Notes under the pieces: model-generated
What the model was told of the DNA's origin: nothing
Seen by the model: the letters and a program-made list of their open reading frames with translations, nothing else
Database searches by the model: none
Translations under genes and position numbers: made by a program
Shown: positions 31,107 through 40,047 of the stretch, in pieces
Numbering within the stretch: position 1 is the stretch's first letter
Layout of the letters: the number at the start of each line of letters is the position of its first letter
NCBI RefSeq assembly: GCF_047607225.1
Contig: NZ_JASGDO010000067.1
Span: forward strand, 3,238 to 67,237
DNA length: 64,000 nucleotides
Reading direction: 5' to 3'
DNA from: Microbacterium sp.
GTDB lineage: Bacteria > Actinomycetota > Actinomycetes > Actinomycetales > Microbacteriaceae

Positions 31107-32142
31107 GCCCTCGACCCCCCAGGCGGGAACGCCTCGCGCGGCGGTCGGCCGTTTCGTCCTCGTCGCCATCGTGCTTCCGCTCCTCACGGTCGCCGCGGGT
31201 CTGGTGGTCCTGCTCTCGGTGGCCGACGCACTGCCCGACCCGATCGCCGTGCACTGGGGTGCGAGTGGAAGGCCGGACGGGTTCGGGCCCCTGTGGCTCG
31301 TGATCGTCGTTCTCCTCGCCGTCGTCGTCGCGACCTCGCTGTTGCTGGCGATCACGACGCTTCCCGCGCTGCGGCGTGGCCGGATCGGGAGCTCTCCGCG
31401 GCTTCTCGGCGCGGTGTCGTGGGGGCTCGCCGCGTTCCTCACGGCTCTCGTGACGGTCGCGACCGCGGCTCAGGCGGGACTCCCCGAGGCCGCCGACGGT
31501 CCGGCGATCTGGGTGCCACTTCTCGCGGGCGTGGTCGCGGGCGCCGTCGCCGGTGCGGCCGGCTTCGTGATCCAGCCTCGCGTCGACTTCGTCCCGACGC
31601 GGCTCGGTGATGCCGCGCCGTTCGAGGTCGACGACGGGGAACAGGTCGTCTGGCTCCAGCGGGCCGTGATGGCGCGGGGTGGCATCGTTGTCCTGCTGGC
31701 GGCGACCGCTCTCATGGTGGTCATCACGGTCATCACGTGGTTCGCCGGCATCGACCCGGTCGGCCAGGCGGTGATGCTCGGCGCCACCGTGCTCATCGTC
31801 CTCCTCGTCGGCATGAACCTCGTCTTCCATGTGCGCGTGGATGACGCAGGTCTGGCCGTCACCTCGGCGCTCGGATGGCCGCGGTTGCGCGTCCCCCTCG
31901 CGGATGTCGCCGAGGCGGTCGTCGTTCAGGTCGACCCGATGGCGGAGTTCGGTGGGTGGGGGCTCCGTTGGGCGCCCACCGGGCGCTTCGGGGTCGTGAT
32001 GCGCGCAGGCGAGGGCATCGAGGTGCGTCGCCGGAATGGCAAGACCTTCACGGTGACCGTCGACGACGCGGCGGCCGGGGCCTCGGTGCTGACCGCACTC
32101 GCCGCCCGTGCGGCTCGCCGCTCCGATCGCGGTGCGGCTTGA
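31096..32142 (+). CDS. Membrane protein, DUF1648/SdpI-like N-terminus + C-terminal soluble (bPH-like) domain
   Basis: LPDPIAVHWGASGRPDGF after TM1 (DUF1648-like, from memory), then about 6 TM helices and a C-terminal ~110-aa soluble segment. Overlaps the GntR gene by 11 nt. Confidence 0.7.
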   Translation: MTAEPSTPQAGTPRAAVGRFVLVAIVLPLLTVAAGLVVLLSVADALPDPIAVHWGASGRPDGFGPLWLVIVVLLAVVVATSLLLAITTLPALRRGRIGSSPRLLGAVSWGLAAFLTALVTVATAAQAGLPEAADGPAIWVPLLAGVVAGAVAGAAGFVIQPRVDFVPTRLGDAAPFEVDDGEQVVWLQRAVMARGGIVVLLAATALMVVITVITWFAGIDPVGQAVMLGATVLIVLLVGMNLVFHVRVDDAGLAVTSALGWPRLRVPLADVAEAVVVQVDPMAEFGGWGLRWAPTGRFGVVMRAGEGIEVRRRNGKTFTVTVDDAAAGASVLTALAARAARRSDRGAA

Positions 32143-32173
32143 CGGGGTGACCAGGCGGAACGACGCTGGGGGC

Positions 32174-34244
<2,071 letters not shown>

Positions 34245-34278
34245 CGGAGCGCCTGCCGCGGCGCGTGCACCCGCGACG

Positions 34279-34284
34279 TAGGCT
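34279..34284 (+). promoter_or_regulatory. -10 box TAGGCT, 7 nt before ATG 34292 (leaderless ftsB-like gene)
   Basis: TAGGCTGGAAGACATG. Confidence 0.45.
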
Positions 34285-34291
34285 GGAAGAC

Positions 34292-34777
34292 ATGAACGAA
34301 GAGGGAGCCCGACGCACCGCGTCGGCTCCCTCTTCGCCGTCCCGGTCCCAGGTGGATGTCCGCGACTGGGTGGGGCGTCTGCGCCTCACCGCCTTCACCG
34401 GGATCATGCTGGGGCTTGTCGTGCTCGCGGCGTTGGTCCTCGTGCCATCGGTGGGCACGTATCTCGATCAGCGGCAGCAGATCGCGGCCCTGCGTCAGGC
34501 CGTCACGCTCGGCAAGGACGAGATCGCCGAGCTCCGGCTGGAGCGGGAGCGCTGGGCGGATCCCGCCTATGTCACGGCGCAGGCACGGGAGCGGCTCTAC
34601 TACTACCGGCCCGGTGAGGTCGTCTATCTCGTCGACGACGATCTTCCCCCCTCCGCGATCCCGCAGGAGCAGGCCCCCGTGAGCGAGGACGTGGAGGAGG
34701 CGCGCACCGACTGGATGGCGCAGCTCGTACGGTCCGTCGCTGCCGCAGGCCTCGCGCGGCCCGCCGTGGGTGAGTGA
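34292..34777 (+). CDS. ftsB: Septum formation initiator family protein (FtsB/DivIC-like)
   Basis: One TM (FTGIMLGLVVLAALVLV), then a coiled coil (QIAALRQAVTLGKDEIAELRLERERW) and YV...AR..L.Y..PGE. Conserved position after eno. Confidence 0.8.
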   Translation: MNEEGARRTASAPSSPSRSQVDVRDWVGRLRLTAFTGIMLGLVVLAALVLVPSVGTYLDQRQQIAALRQAVTLGKDEIAELRLERERWADPAYVTAQARERLYYYRPGEVVYLVDDDLPPSAIPQEQAPVSEDVEEARTDWMAQLVRSVAAAGLARPAVGE

Positions 34778-34859
34778 GCGGAGGGAGCGGCCGTCGGTCC
34801 GTCTTCGCCGCCACGCCCGTCACGACCGAGGGCGCAGCGGGGCCCCAGGTGCGGCCGGG

Positions 34860-34865
34860 TAGCCT
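34860..34865 (+). promoter_or_regulatory. -10 box TAGCCT, 6 nt before GTG 34872 (leaderless DUF501 gene)
   Basis: TAGCCTGGACGGGTG. Confidence 0.4.
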
Positions 34866-34871
34866 GGACGG

Positions 34872-35393
34872 GTGCCTTTGACGCCTGCCACCGACCGCGA
34901 CCTCGACATCATGCGCGAGCAGCTCGGTCGGCCCATGCGCGGCGTCATCGGGATCGCCGCACGGTGCGTGTGCGGCAATCCGACGGTCGTGGCCACGGAG
35001 CCGCGGCTTCCCGACGGCACTCCGTTCCCGACGTTCTACTACCTGACCCACCCGGGCGCGACCGCCGCGATGAGCGCTCTGGAGGCGACGCAGGTCATGC
35101 GCGAGTTCTCCGAGCTGCTGGCGGTGGACGACGAGGTCGCGCGCGCGTACGCGGCTGCGCACGCGGCGTACCTGGCCGATCGTGCGGTCTACGGCGAGGT
35201 GCCCGAGATCGCGGGTGTCTCGGCCGGTGGCATGCCCTCGCGCGTCAAGTGTCTTCACGCGCTCGCGGGGCACGCCCTGGCGGCAGGTCCCGGCGTCAAC
35301 CCCATCGGCGACCGGGCGCTCGAGCGCGGTGACTGGTCGCCGTCGACGTGCACGTGCGCGCGGCCCGGTCCCCTCACGGAAGGCGCCGCATGA
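34872..35393 (+). CDS. DUF501 domain-containing protein
   Basis: C.CG.P.V..T.PRL.DGTPFPT.YYLT and VKCLH motifs. Canonical position after eno-ftsB. GTG start 6 nt after -10 TAGCCT. Confidence 0.85.
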   Translation: MPLTPATDRDLDIMREQLGRPMRGVIGIAARCVCGNPTVVATEPRLPDGTPFPTFYYLTHPGATAAMSALEATQVMREFSELLAVDDEVARAYAAAHAAYLADRAVYGEVPEIAGVSAGGMPSRVKCLHALAGHALAAGPGVNPIGDRALERGDWSPSTCTCARPGPLTEGAA

Positions 35394-36682
35394 CGGCCCG
35401 GTGGAGCCGGTGGGTGCGCTGGAGCGCGGCGGCCGTGGCGTTCCTCATCGTCCTCGGGGGGACGACGGCCGCGACGGTGCCGCCCGACGACGAGGCTGAC
35501 ATCGATCCCGTGCAGTCGCTGGAGTACTGGCTCGATGACTACGGGATCCGCACCGCGTGGGAGACCACGCGGGGCGAGGGGGTCACGATCGCCGTCATCG
35601 ACACCGGTATCGGCAAGGGCCCGGTGGAGTTCGACGGGGTGCGAGGCGGCGCCGACTTCTCGGGCGTCGGCGCGCAGGACGGACGCAATCCTGTCGGAGC
35701 CGTCGACTCGAACCACGGCAGCTGGGTGGCCTCGCTCGCCGCGTCGCGGGGCACCGGGGACGGGGCGGGGATGCTCGGGGTCGCCCCCGAGGCGACGCTC
35801 CTGTCGCTGTCGGTCGGTTTCGGCTCATCGGCGGCCGTGCCATTCGTCGACCAGATCGCCGACGCCATGCGCTGGGCGGTCGATCACGGCGCCGATGTCA
35901 TCAATCTGTCCTTCACCACGAACACCCTGGAGTGGGATCCGAGCTGGGACGAGGCATTCCTCTATGCGTTCCAGCACGACGTGGTCGTCGTGGTCGCCGC
36001 AGGGAACCGGGGCACCGGTACCGACGAGGTGGGTGCCCCCGCGACGATCCCCGGCGTGCTCACGGTGGGCGGCGTCGACCGATCCGGGAAGGCCAGCGTC
36101 GAAGCGTCGACGCAGGGGATCTCGATCGGGATCATGGCCCCGAGTGAGGAACTGCTCGGGGTGTCGCCCGACGGTCAGATCGTGATCTGGGACGGCACGA
36201 GCGGGGCGGCCCCCATCGTGGCCGGGATCGCCGCGCTCGTCAGGGCGGCCCACCCCGAGCTCGACGCCGACAACGTCATCAACCGGATCATCCGCACGGC
36301 ACGATCGACTCCCGAATCCCGGGCCAAGCCGGCGCTGTACGGCTACGGCCTGGTCGATGCCGCCGCCGCGGTGTCGGCGAAAGTGGCCCGGGTCGATGAG
36401 AACCCGATGGGGAGCCTGACGGAGTGGATCCGGCTGTACCGGCGCCAGGAGGTCAAGCCGCAGCCGACGCCCACCGTGGCGCCTGTCGTCGTCCCGCCGC
36501 TTCCCGCTCCGGAGGCGGCGACGCCGCCGGAATCGGCGCTCCTGCCCAGCGCGGACAGCCTGAGGTACGGCACCGTGCCGCTCTTGGCCGGTACCGTGGT
36601 GGCTATAATGGTGGGGCTCGGCGTCACCGCTGCTGCCCGGCGAGTTAGATCGGCGCGCGCCTCCCGCACGTCGAGCCGTTGA
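35390..36682 (+). CDS. Membrane-anchored S8 (subtilisin-family) serine peptidase, mycosin-like architecture
   Basis: Signal/TM region at the N-terminus. Catalytic triad contexts VIDTGIG (Asp), NHGSWVAS (His), GTSGAAPIVAG (Ser). Pro-rich linker and C-terminal TM anchor LLAGTVVAIMVGLGVTAAARR. ATGA overlap with the DUF501 stop. Confidence 0.88.
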   Translation: MTARWSRWVRWSAAAVAFLIVLGGTTAATVPPDDEADIDPVQSLEYWLDDYGIRTAWETTRGEGVTIAVIDTGIGKGPVEFDGVRGGADFSGVGAQDGRNPVGAVDSNHGSWVASLAASRGTGDGAGMLGVAPEATLLSLSVGFGSSAAVPFVDQIADAMRWAVDHGADVINLSFTTNTLEWDPSWDEAFLYAFQHDVVVVVAAGNRGTGTDEVGAPATIPGVLTVGGVDRSGKASVEASTQGISIGIMAPSEELLGVSPDGQIVIWDGTSGAAPIVAGIAALVRAAHPELDADNVINRIIRTARSTPESRAKPALYGYGLVDAAAAVSAKVARVDENPMGSLTEWIRLYRRQEVKPQPTPTVAPVVVPPLPAPEAATPPESALLPSADSLRYGTVPLLAGTVVAIMVGLGVTAAARRVRSARASRTSSR

Positions 36683-36702
36683 TTCAAGGAGTTCCGCGTC
36701 CT

Positions 36703-38163
36703 GTGACCAGCACCGCGACCAGCCCTGCGTTCGCCCCCGCGACCAGCGCTGTGCCCAAGATCCTCATCGTCGGAGGCGGCTACGCCGGCTTCTACACCGC
36801 GTGGAAGCTCGAGAAGCACCTCCGGAAGGGCGAGGCGGAGGTCACGATCGTCGACCCGCTGCCGTACATGACGTACCAGCCCTTCCTTCCCGAGGTGGCC
36901 GCGGGGGAGATCGAGGCGCGTCACGTTGTCGTCGGCCTGCGTCGACACCTCAAGAAGACCCGTGTCGTGGTGGCGAAGGTCACCGGCATCAACCACGCCA
37001 CGCGTACCGCGACCATCACGCCCGAGGTGGGCGAGCCGTGGACCGAGACGTACGACCAGATCGTCGTGACCGCCGGAGCGGTCTCGCGTACGTTCCCGAT
37101 TCCCGGCATCGCCGAGAACGCGATCGGTCTGAAGACGATCGAGGAGGCCGTCGCGATCCGTGACCGCATCCTCACGAACTTCGATCGCGCCGCCAACCTG
37201 CCGGCCGGCCCGGAGCGCGACCGCCTGCTCACCGTCGTCGTCGTCGGCGGCGGCTTCGCCGGTATCGAGGTGTTCGCCGAGACTCGCGCGCTCGCGTCGT
37301 CCCTTCTCAAGCTCTACCCGCAGCTGCGCTTCGAGGACACGCACTTCCACCTCATCGAGGCGATGGGGCGCATCATGCCCGAGGTGTCGCTGAAGACCAG
37401 CGAGTGGGTCCTCAAGGACCTCGCCAAGCGGGGCGCGAACGTCCACCTCGACACGCAGGTGACCGGTGCCGTCGACGGCAACGTCGAGCTCTCCACCGGC
37501 GAGGTCATCCCCACCGACCTCATCATCTGGACCGCCGGTGTCATGGCGAACCCGACCGTCGTGCGCGGCGGTGACCTCCCCGTCGAGGAGCGCGGCCGGA
37601 TCCGCACCCGTGCCGACCTCCGCGTCGGCACGCCCGACGAGGCCGTCGAGGGCGCCTGGGCGGCGGGAGACGTCGCGGCCGTTCCCGACCTCACCGGCGC
37701 CGGAGTCGGCGGATACTGCGTGCCCAACGCTCAGCACGCCGTCCGTCAGGCCAAGCTGCTCGCCAAGAACCTCGTCGCCGTCATGCGCGGCGAGGTGCCC
37801 CGTGAGTACATCCACAAGAACCTCGGTGCGGTGGCCGGTCTCGGTCTCTACAACGGTGTCTTCCAGTCCGGCAAGATCGCGCTCAAGGGCTTCATCGCCT
37901 GGGTCGCCCACCGGGGCTACCACGGCTTGGCGATGCCGTCGTGGGAGCGCAAGTGGCGCGTGATCGGCGACTGGTGGCACAACTTCTGGCTCAACCGCGA
38001 CAACGTGTCTCTGCAGACCGTGCAGAATCCGCGGTACGTCTTCGAAGAGTTCGCCGCTCGCCCGCGTCCGGCGGTGGCAGAGGCCCCGGCTGAGCCCGCG
38101 GCGAAGAAAGCACCCGCCAAGAAGGCGGCCGCCAAGGAGCCCGCCGAGACCACCGCGCGCTGA
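36703..38163 (+). CDS. ndh: Type II NADH dehydrogenase (NDH-2)
   Basis: Two Rossmann motifs ILIVGGGYAGF and VVVVGGGFAGIE. C-terminal membrane-association region with an Ala/Lys/Pro tail. GTG 36703 downstream of SD AAGGAG; TTG 36679 is an alternative start. Confidence 0.9.
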   Translation: MTSTATSPAFAPATSAVPKILIVGGGYAGFYTAWKLEKHLRKGEAEVTIVDPLPYMTYQPFLPEVAAGEIEARHVVVGLRRHLKKTRVVVAKVTGINHATRTATITPEVGEPWTETYDQIVVTAGAVSRTFPIPGIAENAIGLKTIEEAVAIRDRILTNFDRAANLPAGPERDRLLTVVVVGGGFAGIEVFAETRALASSLLKLYPQLRFEDTHFHLIEAMGRIMPEVSLKTSEWVLKDLAKRGANVHLDTQVTGAVDGNVELSTGEVIPTDLIIWTAGVMANPTVVRGGDLPVEERGRIRTRADLRVGTPDEAVEGAWAAGDVAAVPDLTGAGVGGYCVPNAQHAVRQAKLLAKNLVAVMRGEVPREYIHKNLGAVAGLGLYNGVFQSGKIALKGFIAWVAHRGYHGLAMPSWERKWRVIGDWWHNFWLNRDNVSLQTVQNPRYVFEEFAARPRPAVAEAPAEPAAKKAPAKKAAAKEPAETTAR

Positions 38164-38172
38164 CCCGCGGGC

Positions 38173-38178
38173 TATCGT
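38173..38178 (+). promoter_or_regulatory. -10 box TATCGT, 8 nt before the tRNA 5' end
   Basis: TAnnnT hexamer directly after the ndh stop codon. Would give a tRNA precursor with almost no 5' leader. Confidence 0.4.
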
Positions 38179-38186
38179 GGGCGCAG

Positions 38187-38259
38187 GCCCCCGTAGCCCA
38201 ATGGCAGAGGCAGGCGACTTAAAATCGCTTCAGTCTGGGTTCGAGTCCCAGCGGGGGTA
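38187..38259 (+). tRNA. tRNA with anticodon UAA (nominally Leu, decodes UUA) but class-I geometry (5-nt variable loop)
   Basis: Hand-folded cloverleaf: GCCCCCG-TA-GCCC-AATGGCAG-AGGC-A-GGCGA-CTTAAAA-TCGCT-TCAGT-CTGGG-TTCGAGT-CCCAG-CGGGGGT-A. Canonical T-loop GTTCGAGTC, U33, anticodon at 38220..38222, A73, G1:U72, no encoded CCA. -10-like TATCGT lies 8 nt upstream. Isotype is uncertain because bacterial tRNA-Leu normally has a long extra arm. Confidence 0.7.
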
Positions 38260-38350
38260 CGTCCGTTCTCTGCCGAGGAGCGCGCAGCAGTGTGATCTCC
38301 TCGACCGCGTGGTGTGTGGAGAGCGTCGCGGGCGGAGGTCACGCTTTCGA

Positions 38351-38356
38351 TAGGCT
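38351..38356 (+). promoter_or_regulatory. -10 box TAGGCT for orphan gene 38375..39139 (18-nt leader with SD GGGAGGA)
   Basis: TAnnnT hexamer plus an SD-containing short leader. Confidence 0.4.
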
Positions 38357-38374
38357 CCCACGCGGGAGGAAGAG

Positions 38375-39139
38375 ATGCCGGTGCGCACGGTACGTCAGGA
38401 GTTGGAGGCCGCGCCCAGCCGGTTCGAGGCGCTGGAGGTCTTCGCGGCGGTGGCGACCGAGGCTCGTCTCGTCTCTGAGGACGGGACGCAGTGGTACACG
38501 GCCTGGGATCGGGCGATGCAGGAGCTGGCGCCGATTGGGTTCGTCCCCGAGTGGGGGCCGGTGATGCTGAGCCACCTCGGCGACTTCTGCTCCGATGTCG
38601 CGGGGAGCGCGGAGCGTGGACATGGCGTGCGGCGCACGACGACGGTGGTGCGGGGACGCTCGGCCTTTCCGTTCCACGAGTTCGAAGCGCTGACGGCCAG
38701 TCCGACACTCGCGCACGCCGACGCCGTCGACGCCATACGCGGCGTACGGGGCGAGCTGGAGACCTGTGGTCTCATCTTCGCCGAGCGCTGGGCACGGATG
38801 ATCCATATCGACATGGCGGAGGAGACGGCGTTCGTCCCCGATCCGAGCCCCGTCGGAGGGATGACGTTCTCGCCGCACGCGCACGAGCTCGGCGATTGGC
38901 TCGAGCTCAGCGTCGCGGAGTTGGCGGAGGGTCGGGGGAACCTCGTCGTCTTGGGCAAGCGTTTCGCCCACGACACGGAGCTCATCGAAGACCCGCACGA
39001 CGAGGGAGCCCTGCTCTCCGCGCATCCCGTCACCGGGGACCCGTGGATTTTGTGGCTCGTCAGCGGGGGAGTGCTGTTACGATTCCAGCTCCTCACGTCC
39101 CCGGTGTCTGAGCGCGACGAGTCCCGCCGGCTCACCTAG
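38375..39139 (+). CDS. Hypothetical cytoplasmic protein (254 aa, no recognised domain)
   Basis: Chosen over three competing long ORFs here because its composition is balanced (E/L/A/V/D) while the antisense frames are Ser/Arg-rich. SD GGGAGGA 5 nt before the ATG and -10 TAGGCT 18 nt upstream. Contains the only in-frame TTA codon I found in the window (39077..39079). Confidence 0.65.
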   Translation: MPVRTVRQELEAAPSRFEALEVFAAVATEARLVSEDGTQWYTAWDRAMQELAPIGFVPEWGPVMLSHLGDFCSDVAGSAERGHGVRRTTTVVRGRSAFPFHEFEALTASPTLAHADAVDAIRGVRGELETCGLIFAERWARMIHIDMAEETAFVPDPSPVGGMTFSPHAHELGDWLELSVAELAEGRGNLVVLGKRFAHDTELIEDPHDEGALLSAHPVTGDPWILWLVSGGVLLRFQLLTSPVSERDESRRLT

Positions 39140-39942
39140 TCGTCGGAGGAGGGTTCGCTCACGAAGACACCGACGATGTCACCATCCAGCACGAACTGCG
39201 CCCCGTTCCCCTCGCCGACGGAATCCCGTAGTTCCGCAGGGTCGTCGGCGCTCACCGTGAACTGGACTGTCGCGGGGAAGTCGCCGGCACGGCAGCCGTA
39301 GTAGGTCGGGCCAGTGATCGCGTCGCCCGAGGCGGACGCGTTCAGGGACGGGTAGGCCATGATGCACTCGCCGGCCGTCCCATAGAAGGAGCCTTCGGTG
39401 CGAACGATCGTCATGCCGCGGAACTCGTACACGCGTGTTCCTTCGCCCGCGGAACTGAAGAATCCGGGCACCGGCTGACCCGATTGCTCGAGCGTCGCGA
39501 CCTGGCGTGCACCGCTCGAGGTGACGACGGGCGCGACGGTCGACAGCGACCAGGTGACCGCTGCCGAGACCGCCGCGACCAGAACCAGCGACGCGGCATA
39601 GAGCCATCGGCGTCGGCGGACACCGCGTCGGGATCCCGGGCCTTCGATCACCGTCGCGGAGGGCGCGCGGAGAGAATCGGCGTCGGGCGAGTGCCCCGGC
39701 GCAGGCGATGCCTCGGCGGCATCCCCGTCTGGCTGATCCCGGTTCCGGTCGCCCTGATCCGGCTCCCCACCGTCGGCGCCCGCCGGGCCCACCGCAGCGG
39801 GAGCACTCGATCGCGCCGTTCGCTCGAGCGCCTCCAGTTCTTCGAGTCGGTGTCGCCCGGCGGCATCGAGATCGGCGTGGCGGCCGTACGCGCGCTGGCG
39901 GAGCTGGCGGAGCTCGGCATCGGGAGAGGACATCCTACGCAT
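39136..39942 (-). CDS. Hypothetical single-pass membrane protein (268 aa)
   Basis: Cytoplasmic helix (PDAELRQLRQRAYGRHADL..LEELEALER), acidic/Pro-rich low-complexity region, RRGVRRRRW stop-transfer plus TM LYAASLVLVAAVSAAVTWSL. About 150-aa extracytoplasmic domain with two Cys. Only the 3' third of ORF 39136..41211 is retained. ATG 39942 or ATG 39933. Confidence 0.6.
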   Translation of the reverse strand: MRRMSSPDAELRQLRQRAYGRHADLDAAGRHRLEELEALERTARSSAPAAVGPAGADGGEPDQGDRNRDQPDGDAAEASPAPGHSPDADSLRAPSATVIEGPGSRRGVRRRRWLYAASLVLVAAVSAAVTWSLSTVAPVVTSSGARQVATLEQSGQPVPGFFSSAGEGTRVYEFRGMTIVRTEGSFYGTAGECIMAYPSLNASASGDAITGPTYYGCRAGDFPATVQFTVSADDPAELRDSVGEGNGAQFVLDGDIVGVFVSEPSSDD

Positions 39943-39969
39943 CGTCCCACATCGTCCGACATCGTCAGC
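39940..39969 (-). repeat. Three phased 10-bp direct repeats (minus strand GACGATGNNN) at the start of CDS 39136..39942
   Basis: Plus strand reads CATCGTCCCA CATCGTCCGA CATCGTCAGC. Each unit carries a -10-like GACGAT and an ATG on the minus strand. Confidence 0.8.
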
Positions 39970-40014
39970 GCGCGCCGCCGGCGACGGATGCGGGTGCCCG
40001 GTGCCGCTGGCGTC

Positions 40015-40020
40015 TAGGCT
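40015..40020 (+). promoter_or_regulatory. -10 box TAGGCT for the PLP enzyme / FAD oxidase operon (27-nt leader with SD GAAGGAG)
   Basis: TAnnnT hexamer in the 105-bp divergent spacer. Confidence 0.4.
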
Positions 40021-40047
40021 GAGCCTCGACGTGCGAAGGAGCCTCAC

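Noticed and set aside
35390-36682. Type VII secretion (ESX) locus implied by the mycosin-like protease
   Set aside because: No EccB/C/D/E, EsxA/B or PE/PPE-like genes occur anywhere in the window. Only the domain layout resembles mycosins.
38339-39135. Three alternative long ORFs over the orphan locus (38395..39135 minus, 38339..39025 minus, 38491..39111 plus)
   Set aside because: Ser/Arg/Pro/Gly-rich translations, with no SD or promoter signal. The 38375..39139 frame has an SD, a -10 box and protein-like composition. This is still the least certain coding call among the larger genes.
38260-40047. Integrated genomic island at the tRNA (att duplication, integrase)
   Set aside because: I found no copy of the tRNA 3' half (GGTTCGAGTCCCAGCGGGGGTA) at the far side of the orphan pair and no integrase, recombinase or phage genes. 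An accessory origin remains only a suspicion based on orphan status and codon usage.
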